From sequence record MW822008.1: a stretch of 64,000 bases of DNA. One strand, given 5' to 3'. The notes beneath the pieces are model-generated. The model worked only from the letters and a program-made list of their open reading frames with translations, was not told the origin of the DNA and did not search any database. This document shows, piece by piece, positions 18,531-27,495 of the stretch (position 1 is its first letter; every line of letters begins with the position of its first letter). The position numbers and the translations under genes were made by a program.

Positions 18531-18908
18531 ATGATTCCTGAACCACACAACAGTACTGAATTTCAAAACGATGTACTTTTAAAAGTTAGAGAAGTACATG
18601 GATCAGACGCTGAATTAACAGACCGTATGCTTCTGATGTCAATTTTTGAAAATTTCAGAACTGGCGGTGGTTTAAGACTTAGCAAGTTTGGATATACAAT
18701 TTGTAAAGAAAACATTCTTTACGAATTTACAAAAATCCCCTTGCAAAGAGAGTTCAAAAGTTCTATAATCTTTACATCGCTTGATAGGATATGTACTTCA
18801 CCCTACTATGTAGAAGGGCAGTACATATACCTCTCGGACGCAATGATAGTTACAGAGTTAACATTGTGTGGTGATGATTTTAGAATGTTATTTTCGATGC
18901 ACATGTAG
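18531..18908 (+). CDS. Conserved hypothetical protein
   Basis: GGGLRLSKFG...SPYYV motif; 125 aa. Confidence 0.7.
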   Translation: MIPEPHNSTEFQNDVLLKVREVHGSDAELTDRMLLMSIFENFRTGGGLRLSKFGYTICKENILYEFTKIPLQREFKSSIIFTSLDRICTSPYYVEGQYIYLSDAMIVTELTLCGDDFRMLFSMHM

Positions 18909-18933
18909 CTTCGAAAATAAAGAAAAAAAGATG

Positions 18934-18961
18934 TTGACAACGCCGAATGATGTGTTATAAT
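18934..18961 (+). promoter_or_regulatory. Sigma70-type early promoter
   Basis: TTGACA-16 nt-TATAAT with TGTG extension and an upstream A-tract. Confidence 0.85.
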
Positions 18962-19025
18962 GACCACCACGAAGCAAGTTTTCAAAATCACAAGATGTGA
19001 GATTGAAAAAGAAATAAAAAAGTTG

Positions 19026-19053
19026 TTGACAAGCCTGAACGATGTGATATAAT
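19026..19053 (+). promoter_or_regulatory. Sigma70-type early promoter (near copy of 18934)
   Basis: TTGACA-16 nt-TATAAT with TGTG extension, followed by GACCAC as at 18934. Confidence 0.85.
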
Positions 19054-19115
19054 GACCACATCAAGACGGCAAAGAGAAATGCCTTTTTAAATACATGGAT
19101 GATTCATGAAGTAAC

Positions 19116-19158
19116 AAAGGAACTGATAAGTTAAAAATTCTTTTAACACAGTTCCTTT
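19116..19158. other. Long imperfect hairpin
   Basis: AAAGGAACTG...GTTAAAA-attc-TTTTAAC..CAGTTCCTTT. Confidence 0.75.
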
Positions 19159-19184
19159 ACTTTTGCCCACGGATTGGCTATAAT
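19156..19184 (+). promoter_or_regulatory. Sigma70-type promoter for the AAA+ gene
   Basis: TTTACT-17 nt-TATAAT. Confidence 0.7.
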
Positions 19185-19224
19185 AGAAACCTAAACGATT
19201 TTATCCAACAAAAGGAAAATATAC

Positions 19225-20553
19225 ATGTCTACTCAAAACAACGATATCCTGAACGTAAAACTGACTCCTAAGAAAGCTAAAGAAGCAATGGCACTGGCTG
19301 ACATGATTCAAGATAGCCTGATGATTTGGGGTAGCCCTGGTATCGGTAAATCTGCTATCGCACGTCAATACGCTGATGAGAACTACCCACTGCGTAAAGA
19401 TAACGTGGCAAAAATTGAGTTCATGAAACAACAAATCGAAGCTGATACTGAAAATGCTGATCAACTTCGCCGTGAACTGGCAGCGTTTGAAGCCAAACTA
19501 ATCGACCAAGACACTAACTTTATCGATTTCCGTTTGTCTCAGATTGAACCAAGTGACCTTCGCGGTATTCCAGTTCCAGAGAAAGTGTTCCTTGATATGG
19601 ATGGTAAGCAACTGATTGAATCTGAACTGGCTAGTGCACAAGATTACATCGCTGAAACAGCAGTTGTGTGGGCAGCACCTAAAGTACTGAAACTGTCTCC
19701 AGATTGGAAAGGTGTTATTCTGTTTGACGAAATCAACTCTGCAATGCCGATTGTACAGGCAGCGTCTTATCAGCTAATCCTCGACCGTTGTGTTGGTGAG
19801 ATGAAGCTACCTAAGACTGCACTGATTCTCGCAGCAGGTAACCGTGAAACTGATGGCGGTGTAACGTTCTCTCTAGCTACACCACTGCGTGACCGTATGA
19901 CCCACATCGAAATGATTCCTTATCATCAAGATTGGATTAACGATTATGCGATTGGTAAGCGTTTGAACCCAGCAACTGTAGCGTTCATCAACAACACTGG
20001 TGCTAAACACTTCAACACCCTTAGCCCACAAGATCCTTCTCACTGTGGTGGTACTTCTCCACGTTCATGGGAAGCAGTAGCACGCTACGAAGATCTGAAG
20101 AAAGTTAAGAACATTGATAAAGAAGTGTTCCGTGCGATGATTGCAGGTCGTGTTGGTGAAGGCGTAGCAACTGAATACATCGAGTATGTTGATAACGTAG
20201 CTAAACTACCAGATACCATGTCCATCCTACAGGGTGAGATTAAAGAGATTGATGCTTCGCTTGATATTTCCGCGAACTACTTCATCACTCTGAATCTGGT
20301 TTACAAAATTATCGACCTCTACAATGAGAAGCAAGAACAACGTCTACCAGTGGAAGATTGGGGTAAGCTGTGCAACAACTTCATCACCTTCCTAGACCAT
20401 AACTTCTCTGCAACTCAAGCAGAACTGGCAGTACTGGCGATTCGTACCATCACGCTTCATAAAGTAGCGATTACGATTAAAGATGTACCAGCGTTTAAAG
20501 ACTTCGTTATGAAGTACTCTGACCTAGTACGTAAAGCACGCTCTCTTGGTTAA
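19225..20553 (+). CDS. MoxR-like AAA+ ATPase
   Basis: WGSPGIGKS Walker A, ILFDEINSA Walker B, AAGNRETD, LRDRMTHI, SPRSWE. Confidence 0.9.
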   Translation: MSTQNNDILNVKLTPKKAKEAMALADMIQDSLMIWGSPGIGKSAIARQYADENYPLRKDNVAKIEFMKQQIEADTENADQLRRELAAFEAKLIDQDTNFIDFRLSQIEPSDLRGIPVPEKVFLDMDGKQLIESELASAQDYIAETAVVWAAPKVLKLSPDWKGVILFDEINSAMPIVQAASYQLILDRCVGEMKLPKTALILAAGNRETDGGVTFSLATPLRDRMTHIEMIPYHQDWINDYAIGKRLNPATVAFINNTGAKHFNTLSPQDPSHCGGTSPRSWEAVARYEDLKKVKNIDKEVFRAMIAGRVGEGVATEYIEYVDNVAKLPDTMSILQGEIKEIDASLDISANYFITLNLVYKIIDLYNEKQEQRLPVEDWGKLCNNFITFLDHNFSATQAELAVLAIRTITLHKVAITIKDVPAFKDFVMKYSDLVRKARSLG

Positions 20554-20568
20554 TAATTAAAAAGAGTG

Positions 20569-20604
20569 TTGACAAGAAGGATACCACATGGTATCCTTCT
20601 TTTA
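20569..20604 (+). promoter_or_regulatory. Terminator hairpin superimposed on a sigma70-like promoter
   Basis: Stem AGAAGGATACC-acat-GGTATCCTTCT followed by TTT. The same bases give TTGACA (20569)-17 nt-TATCCT (20592) with an extended TG. Confidence 0.65.
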
Positions 20605-20628
20605 TCTTAACTAAACGAGGAAATACAA

Positions 20629-22038
20629 ATGTCAGATAAACGTTTCAGTGATGTTACTCCGGCTCTCCAGAAAGAATGTCAAGATCGTCTGATCTTAGCT
20701 CGCACATCTTTAATGCTAACATTCCCATTCTTTGGTGTACTGGCTTCTCGTCTGCGTCCAGTTGCAAACAATACATGGTGTCGTACTTTGGCAGTAGATG
20801 GTAAGCATTTATTCTACAACGTAGAATTCATCATGGGTATTCAGGACCAATCCAAAAAGACCGCATACGAAGAAGCAATTCGTGAGAAACATCCTGAAGT
20901 AACTGAAGAACAACTTAAAGAAATGACAGAAGGTTTGACTGATGAAAACCTGATTGCAGTTATCTGTCATGAGATTCTTCACTGTGCATATGACCACTTC
21001 TTGCGTCGTGGTATGCGTGACCCGCAGCGTTATAACCGTGCTGCTGACTATGCAATTAACCAGATTCTTGTTCGTGATAAAATTGGTAAAATCCAAAGCC
21101 AATGGCTGTACGATAAAAAGTACGATGGCATGACTGCTGAAGAGATTTATAACATTCTCGAAGAAGAAGATAAGCAGGATCAAGACGGAGAAGGTGAAGG
21201 TAACCCACAGGCTGGTAGTGGTGAGGGCGAAGGTAAATCACGTGGTACTTTTGGCGATATCAAAGATGGTAAAGGCAAAGGTACAACAATTGACCAGCAT
21301 GACGTTCCACAAGAAGGTCAAGAGGGTGGTTCAAGTGAGAAACAAAAACGTGATTATATGGATGATTTCAAAACAGCAATGATGAATGCTGCTCGTGCAG
21401 GTGGTACTCCTGCTGAAATCGCACGTATGATTAACAACTTCAAAGAACCAAAGATCGACTGGCGTTCTAAACTTCACCGCACGCTACGTAGCTGGTTGAA
21501 GTCTGACGCAACTTATCAAAGTCCTAATCGTCGTTCATGGGGTGCTGGTTTTGGTAGTACTGGTTCATTCTACGGGAATCCAATCTTCCCTGGCATGAAA
21601 CCTGATGATGATATTGATATTGCAATTGCACTAGATGCATCCGGTTCTATCTCTGAAGATATGCTCCGTGATTTCATCAGTGAAGTACTGGGTATCACTA
21701 AGCAGTTTAAACAATTTAAAATCCGTATCATGACGTTCGATACTGAAGTTTATACTGTAAAAGATTACAAAACTGGTGAAGAGAGTAAGATTCTTGAATA
21801 TCCAGTGAAAGGTGGTGGTGGTACTGACTTTGAAGCAGTATGGGTTCATATGAAGCATGACAACTATAAGCCAAAACAGCTTATTATGTTTACTGATGGT
21901 GAGCCGTGGCAGTCATGGGGCGATCCTGATTACTGTAAGACACTGTTTGTTATCCACAGTAATCCTAACAAACAAGCACCATTTGGTGAAACTGTACACT
22001 ACGAATATGAAGCTGACAAAAAGCGTCAACGTAGCTAA
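20629..22038 (+). CDS. HExxH metallopeptidase-VWA protein (DUF2201-like), partner of the MoxR ATPase
   Basis: TLAVDGKHLFYN, HEILH, YNRAADYAINQ; C-terminal DASGS MIDAS, GGGTDF, FTDG. Confidence 0.9.
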   Translation: MSDKRFSDVTPALQKECQDRLILARTSLMLTFPFFGVLASRLRPVANNTWCRTLAVDGKHLFYNVEFIMGIQDQSKKTAYEEAIREKHPEVTEEQLKEMTEGLTDENLIAVICHEILHCAYDHFLRRGMRDPQRYNRAADYAINQILVRDKIGKIQSQWLYDKKYDGMTAEEIYNILEEEDKQDQDGEGEGNPQAGSGEGEGKSRGTFGDIKDGKGKGTTIDQHDVPQEGQEGGSSEKQKRDYMDDFKTAMMNAARAGGTPAEIARMINNFKEPKIDWRSKLHRTLRSWLKSDATYQSPNRRSWGAGFGSTGSFYGNPIFPGMKPDDDIDIAIALDASGSISEDMLRDFISEVLGITKQFKQFKIRIMTFDTEVYTVKDYKTGEESKILEYPVKGGGGTDFEAVWVHMKHDNYKPKQLIMFTDGEPWQSWGDPDYCKTLFVIHSNPNKQAPFGETVHYEYEADKKRQRS

Positions 22039-22050
22039 GTACTAAATAAT

Positions 22051-22082
22051 GAGAACGGAAAATTCCGTTCTCTACTTTTTTC
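22051..22082 (+). terminator. Rho-independent terminator
   Basis: GAGAACGGA-aaat-TCCGTTCTC followed by TACTTTTTT. Confidence 0.85.
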
Positions 22083-22147
22083 AGCGGGACAGCTTGGAAA
22101 AAGGTGATATAATTATATTTGTAACAACATACATGGAGAGTATTAAA

Positions 22148-22378
22148 ATGGAACAAGAACCAGAAAAAATTCAACTAACACTAATCGACCTAATCAACGC
22201 TGCTAAAATCATGGAAGCTGCTGTGGCTCGTAATTCATTTAAAGTCGAAGAACTTGTTGATGTTGCTCCAGTCGTATCTAAGTTTGTTGAGTTTGCTAAC
22301 TCTGCACTCGAAGATATCAAAGCACAAGAAGAAGCTGAAGCTGCACAAGCTGCTGCTGAACAAAATAAAGGAGAATAA
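22148..22378 (+). CDS. Conserved small hypothetical protein
   Basis: GGAGAG RBS before ATG 22148; the track start at 22049 runs through the terminator. LTLIDL..AAKIMEAAVARNSF..EE motif. Confidence 0.75.
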   Translation: MEQEPEKIQLTLIDLINAAKIMEAAVARNSFKVEELVDVAPVVSKFVEFANSALEDIKAQEEAEAAQAAAEQNKGE

Positions 22379-22380
22379 TA

Positions 22381-23034
22381 ATGGCTATTCGTCACGTTGG
22401 TGTAGTACGTAATACAGGTTCACGTGTATTTGTGGTATGGCGTTCACTCCCTGATGATCCAGAACATTGTCTCATTGTTTATCGCGATTCACTTCCTGAA
22501 GCATATGCTCAATCTGTTGCAGATTTAGTAATGAATCAAGGTCAATCGAATGTAGATTTGTGGGAAGTTATGCATAAGATTGGTCATCTAGACGGTCGCA
22601 AAATGCTAGATGTGCTTCATAATCTACAACATTTGCGTCGTGCACGTACTTGTGATATTGATATGCATGTTGGTGGCAACAGTAAGATTTCTCTTGATGT
22701 TCTAAACACCGCAATCAATGATAATGATGCTAAAAAACATGAAGATGGTAAAGTTAAAGAATACAACCCATTCAAGCCACAAGAAGTTGATACTTCTGTT
22801 GAAGAAGCTACCATTGTTGAGCAACTACTTAAAGATGCACAACGTTATGAGCAGTTGGCTAAAGAGCACTTTGAACGTGCTTACAACTTAGAACCATCTC
22901 TACGTCCACAAGTTCAAGCAACACCTGTAGCACCTGATAGCAAAACTTTCTATATTGAAATCCCAGAAGGAATTTCACAAACCAAAGCAATTGAGAAAGT
23001 TAAACAGGCATTTGCTGAACGTAAAGCAAAATAA
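22381..23034 (+). CDS. Conserved hypothetical protein
   Basis: AAGGAG RBS; RHVGVVRNTGSRVFVVWRSLPDDP pattern. Confidence 0.8.
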   Translation: MAIRHVGVVRNTGSRVFVVWRSLPDDPEHCLIVYRDSLPEAYAQSVADLVMNQGQSNVDLWEVMHKIGHLDGRKMLDVLHNLQHLRRARTCDIDMHVGGNSKISLDVLNTAINDNDAKKHEDGKVKEYNPFKPQEVDTSVEEATIVEQLLKDAQRYEQLAKEHFERAYNLEPSLRPQVQATPVAPDSKTFYIEIPEGISQTKAIEKVKQAFAERKAK

Positions 23035-23039
23035 TATAA

Positions 23040-23633
23040 ATGAATAAAATAGAATTAGATGAAGCAATCAATGGTTTATCTAATGTATGTTTCAGTGGCG
23101 GGGCAGCAGGTGCTGACCGCCTTTTTTCTATCTATGCAAAAGACAATGGATTTGAAGTAATAAATTTTTCATTCAAGGGTCACCAAAGCAGTGTAGATGA
23201 AAATACTATATTAGAAATTCCATCCAATATCCTTTGTGATAGTTCAATATTAAAACAATTAAACATTGCATGTTACTCTTTACGCCGTAAAGTTCCTAAG
23301 CCTGGTTCGTATGTATATAACTTACTTGCAAGGAATAGTTACCAGATACTTAATACTAAAAGAGTATATTGTATTGCAAATATTACATCACCCACGCAAG
23401 TTTCAGGTGGAACTGCATGGGCAGTACAGATGTATATGGATTCAGTTGACAATCCAGAAATATATTGTTATGATATGAACACTCGCTCTGTATTTTATTA
23501 TGATACAGTACTGAAAGAGTTTACTGAAACATTCTCAATACCAGCACCACACGGTAACTGGACTGGGATTGGTTCACGTAATGCTACACAAAAACACATG
23601 GAACACTTTATTACATTTTTCAAGGACGTATAA
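23040..23633 (+). CDS. SLOG-superfamily (DprA/YspA/MCP-like Rossmann) protein
   Basis: CFSGGAAGAD, LLARN, GGTAWAV, WTGIGSR. Confidence 0.7.
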   Translation: MNKIELDEAINGLSNVCFSGGAAGADRLFSIYAKDNGFEVINFSFKGHQSSVDENTILEIPSNILCDSSILKQLNIACYSLRRKVPKPGSYVYNLLARNSYQILNTKRVYCIANITSPTQVSGGTAWAVQMYMDSVDNPEIYCYDMNTRSVFYYDTVLKEFTETFSIPAPHGNWTGIGSRNATQKHMEHFITFFKDV

Positions 23634-24562
23634 TGAAACAACTACAAGAACTATATCAAAGAATTCTGGATCAAGGTGTCGAAAGCGTTGATCGTACTGG
23701 TGTTGGCACTATCAAGCTAATCGGACAACAAATGCGTTTTGACCTAAAAGAAGGTTTCCCAGCAGTAACTACTAAACGTTTAGCTTGGAAAGCAATGACT
23801 TCAGAATTGTTATGGTTTATTGAAGGTTCTCACGATGAGCGTCGTCTGTGTGAAATTTTACACGGGACACGTGATGTAGAAAAGAAAACAATTTGGACAG
23901 ACAACTACCTTAATCAAGGTGTAAGCCTTGGGTATTCTGATGGTGAGCTTGGCCCAGTTTATGGTAAACAATGGCGTGAATGGGAAGATTATAAATTCAG
24001 TTCCAGTACTGAAGAAATTCAAGAACTAAAAGATAAAGGGTATAAAGTTATTGATTATACTGGTTCACATGGTGTTATTATGCGTCGTGTAACTGACCAG
24101 CTAAAACAAGTTATTGAAGGTATCAATACTGATCCATACGGTCGTCGTCACATTCTAAGTGCATGGAACGTTGGTGAGCTTGATGCTATGACTTTGCCAC
24201 CCTGTCATAGCTTTGTGCAGTTTTGTGTTGTACAGGGTAAACTAAGTTGTATTCTTCATCAACGTAGTGCTGATCTATTCCTTGGTGTGCCATTTAATAT
24301 TAGTAGTTACTCACTACTAACTCATATGATTGCACAAATTACAGGGTTAGATGTTGGTGAATTTATTTGGAATGGTGGCGACTGCCATATCTATCAAAAC
24401 CATATTGAACAAGTAAAAGAGCAACTCCAACGTGAACCACGTACATTACCAGAATTATGGTTAGATCCTACTATTACTGATATTGAAGATTTCACTATGG
24501 ATTCTTTCAAATTAGTTAATTACGATCCAATGCCATCAATCAAAGCACCAATGGCTGTATAA
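23633..24562 (+). CDS. thyA: Thymidylate synthase
   Basis: DRTGVGT, FPAVTTKR, GPVYGKQWR, LPPCH, QRSADLFLGVPFN, HIYQNH. Confidence 0.98.
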   Translation: MKQLQELYQRILDQGVESVDRTGVGTIKLIGQQMRFDLKEGFPAVTTKRLAWKAMTSELLWFIEGSHDERRLCEILHGTRDVEKKTIWTDNYLNQGVSLGYSDGELGPVYGKQWREWEDYKFSSSTEEIQELKDKGYKVIDYTGSHGVIMRRVTDQLKQVIEGINTDPYGRRHILSAWNVGELDAMTLPPCHSFVQFCVVQGKLSCILHQRSADLFLGVPFNISSYSLLTHMIAQITGLDVGEFIWNGGDCHIYQNHIEQVKEQLQREPRTLPELWLDPTITDIEDFTMDSFKLVNYDPMPSIKAPMAV

Positions 24563-24566
24563 AAGA

Positions 24567-24593
24567 AAAGGGAGACATAAGTCTCCCTTTTTT
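24567..24593. terminator. Bidirectional terminator between convergent genes
   Basis: AAAGGGAGAC-ataa-GTCTCCCTTTTTT. Confidence 0.9.
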
Positions 24594-24594
24594 A

Positions 24595-26559
24595 TTATCT
24601 TAATGTAACCAGTGTACGTCCGGCAAATCTCACATCAGGAGTTGCAGGGATACTGAACACTACGCTTGTTCCATTGAATGTAACACTATCAACTTCAACA
24701 CGAGTGTAAACACCAGTACTTACGAGTTCTTGAATTTCAGCAGTTACTATGTTACTAGCAGTTACTGTTAATGTGTAATATGAGCCGTTTAAAACCCACG
24801 CTGACGCAACAAACGGGTCAGTACGAACAGAACCAGAACCAATTGGAACCCATTGTCCTTGAACCTTCTGCATCGATGTACGTTCGGTATTTGAGTATGC
24901 AATCATACCATCAACACCAACCGAGTTATCAATTGTAGCCAGTACTGGTAATTGAATACCATATCGGTTGAAACGAGTACGAATAACACCGTTATCATAT
25001 ATACTTACATCAGCATAACTTCCCATAGTGAAACGTAAGTCTGCACCAAGTAGTTTTATATCACTTTGGTTAGTAGTACTTTCTAATGTGAATACACCAT
25101 TCTCTAGTAAGTTTATGTTTTTGAATTTGTTATTAGTTCCATTGAAATTAGTATTTGCATTATAAGTACTAACACCATTAACTGTAATAGTGTCACCAGT
25201 AGTGTCACCTAGTGTTGTATTACCTTTAACAACTAAATTCCCGCTGGCATTGATGTTACCTGCGTCTAAATCACCAGTTAGTGATGTTGAACCATCTACA
25301 ATAATATTTCCATGAAAATGTGATTCACCATTTTTAAATTCAACTTGAACTTTATTCATTGAACTCAAAGAAATAATATTACTACTTGCACTTATCCCTA
25401 CGTTTGTGTTTGATGCATTATCAAAACGTATTACTGGCGTAGCTGCTGGTGTAGCGGTAGTTTGGAATAATGTTAGTGTTCCATTATTAATTCGAACACG
25501 TTCTGTGCCAGCAGTGCTGAACCCAATTGCGTCATCGGATGGATGAAATATACCAGTATTAGCATCGGACCACTTAGTTGGGTCATTACCTGGGTTATTC
25601 GTTGGGTCAAACGGATTATTATTAAATGTCAATGCTGGTGCTGCTGCACTGCCATACACCACCCCAAAACGCCCAGAGCCGTCTGTTCCATCATTATACA
25701 TGGAATCACCAGTTCTACGTAAACACTCAATCACAACGTTATCTATGGATGTTTGAACGGTCCCTGCGTTTGTTCTAAATTGACGATGATTTGCAATCAT
25801 TACAGTATTGTCATATAATACTGAAGCAGCGGAAATGCTTGTTCTTGACTGACGAAGACGTATATTCTTATCTTCAGTTATAATAATCCAATCGCCATCT
25901 GAAAGTGCAGTTTGGTTCATTGGAACACCAGATGCAAATGGTTTGGTCAAGTCAGTATCTGTTGCTAAATTTTCAAGGCCATCATGACCAGTACTAGGAA
26001 TAGATGCAGTAATAATTCTAGCAAAAGCGTATGTTACTAGTTTAGCACCAGATATATTTGGATTAGAGTCAACATAATATAAAATTTCAATCCAATTACC
26101 TTGTCCAGTTGGATTTGTAGGTGTAAATGTAACAGGACTTGTTTGTGGATTATTTGCTTCATAATGTGCTTGTGCGGCATCCATTATACCACGCACGACA
26201 TAATAATCACCATTAAGCGATGGTGATGGTGCTGGTAGTGGAGTTTGTGCTAAAGGTGGATCAATATCATCTGGGATGGGATTATATGTACCAACAAATT
26301 GTAAACCACTAGTTACTGAATCTGGTAATTGGGAAGTAAGAAGTTTACCGTTTGCATCTAGGTTTGCAAAACGTCTATATGCCATTGAACCATCTTCAAA
26401 GTCTAGTACACCTTCAAATGCTTTCCATCCTTTATTGTATCTAATCATCCCTGATCTAACCACATCAGCGGTTTCTTTAGTCGGTGCTTTAGGTAATTCT
26501 AGAAATGCCTGACTATCTATAATTACACCACCATCACCTCTAATTCGATTTATACTCAT
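24595..26559 (-). CDS. Tail-fibre/virion structural protein (654 aa)
   Basis: ANLDANGKLLTSQLP, GMIRYN, G(N/D)L.V.G beta repeats and GIFHPSDDAIGFSTAGTER fibre motifs; TAAATA (26594-26599) upstream. Confidence 0.75.
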   Translation of the reverse strand: MSINRIRGDGGVIIDSQAFLELPKAPTKETADVVRSGMIRYNKGWKAFEGVLDFEDGSMAYRRFANLDANGKLLTSQLPDSVTSGLQFVGTYNPIPDDIDPPLAQTPLPAPSPSLNGDYYVVRGIMDAAQAHYEANNPQTSPVTFTPTNPTGQGNWIEILYYVDSNPNISGAKLVTYAFARIITASIPSTGHDGLENLATDTDLTKPFASGVPMNQTALSDGDWIIITEDKNIRLRQSRTSISAASVLYDNTVMIANHRQFRTNAGTVQTSIDNVVIECLRRTGDSMYNDGTDGSGRFGVVYGSAAAPALTFNNNPFDPTNNPGNDPTKWSDANTGIFHPSDDAIGFSTAGTERVRINNGTLTLFQTTATPAATPVIRFDNASNTNVGISASSNIISLSSMNKVQVEFKNGESHFHGNIIVDGSTSLTGDLDAGNINASGNLVVKGNTTLGDTTGDTITVNGVSTYNANTNFNGTNNKFKNINLLENGVFTLESTTNQSDIKLLGADLRFTMGSYADVSIYDNGVIRTRFNRYGIQLPVLATIDNSVGVDGMIAYSNTERTSMQKVQGQWVPIGSGSVRTDPFVASAWVLNGSYYTLTVTASNIVTAEIQELVSTGVYTRVEVDSVTFNGTSVVFSIPATPDVRFAGRTLVTLR

Positions 26560-26613
26560 TTAAATATTTCCTCAGAATAGATTATATATTAAGTATTTAT
26601 TTTAGATAAAAGA

Positions 26614-26640
26614 AAAGGCCAACCATAGTTGACCTTTAAA
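26614..26640 (-). terminator. Rho-independent terminator
   Basis: On the minus strand: AAAGGTCAAC-tatg-GTTGGCCTTT followed by TCTTTT. Confidence 0.8.
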
Positions 26641-26649
26641 AAATATAAA

Positions 26650-27429
26650 TTAACGAGTACGCTCAGGAATATCAATACCTTCATATACCCATACAGCCGC
26701 CTGTTGTGCTTTATAAATTGCATCTTCATCAGCATCAGGAACTGCATCAATGTCAGCACATTGCTTATCACACTCTGCAAATAGGGATTCAACCATAGCA
26801 AATGCTTCAGTGTATAGTTGAGTCATTTCAGCAGCAGATAGTTTTACAATTGCGTCATCAAGGAAAATAGAAACACTATCAGCACCTGAAGTTACTTGAG
26901 TGTAATAGTTAAGAAGCATTTGACGACCAGCTAGATCAGTACTATAACGATGACCGTTAAACATATAACCAGCATTAATACGGTCACTACGAGATGATAC
27001 TGTGCGTGCTTTCAGATCAGATTTAACTGATGCAATGTCCATATCAACATAATTATAAGTTTTCAGTACTGTTAACTCTTTATATTCACCTTCTGCTTCT
27101 TCTAAGAATGTGATGACTGGTTGATTACTATCTAGTAGTTTAATATATTCCAAATTCTCATTAATTGCGTTCACGTTACCAACATTCTTATATTCCAACC
27201 ACCAGAAACCCTCTTCTTTACGAACAGCGTTATTAGGTTCAATTTCAGAACCATCTTTACTTGAAATACCATAAAGTGCACGAATATCGCTGTACAAATA
27301 ACGATATGTTTGTTCATCATCTGGAGTTGCTCCAGGGCGTTCTTTTAAACCCTTAACACCAACTGGGTTGGAGATGATGTTACCCAATTCATAATTTTCT
27401 TTAGAACTACCTTTTACATATGTAAACAT
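26650..27429 (-). CDS. Tail-fibre assembly chaperone-like protein (C-terminal DUF4376-like)
   Basis: C-terminal GYMFNGHRYSTDLAGRQML...VKLSAAEMTQL pattern; directly downstream of the giant fibre gene. Confidence 0.6.
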   Translation of the reverse strand: MFTYVKGSSKENYELGNIISNPVGVKGLKERPGATPDDEQTYRYLYSDIRALYGISSKDGSEIEPNNAVRKEEGFWWLEYKNVGNVNAINENLEYIKLLDSNQPVITFLEEAEGEYKELTVLKTYNYVDMDIASVKSDLKARTVSSRSDRINAGYMFNGHRYSTDLAGRQMLLNYYTQVTSGADSVSIFLDDAIVKLSAAEMTQLYTEAFAMVESLFAECDKQCADIDAVPDADEDAIYKAQQAAVWVYEGIDIPERTR

Positions 27430-27451
27430 ATAACTACCTCACTTGTTAAGA

Positions 27452-27485
27452 TGGTGTCACCATAATTGATGACACCGTTTTTTTT
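27452..27485 (+). other. Hairpin with a T-tract on the + (antisense) strand
   Basis: GGTGTCA...TGACACC followed by GTTTTTTTTT, between two minus-strand genes. Confidence 0.6.
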
Positions 27486-27495
27486 ATTTTAATTA

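Noticed and set aside
19052-19090. Mini-ORF MTTSRRQREMPF containing CGG
   Set aside because: Its ATG is part of the -10 box, so it lies upstream of the transcript start; no RBS.
22049-22147. In-frame CGG at 22085 in the track ORF 22049-22378
   Set aside because: It lies upstream of the likely start (ATG 22148, GGAGAG RBS), in terminator/promoter DNA, so it is not a counter-example to CGG avoidance.
23985-24095. Intein or intron in thyA
   Set aside because: Only a short in-frame insertion of about 25-30 aa, with no intein terminal motifs or group I intron features.
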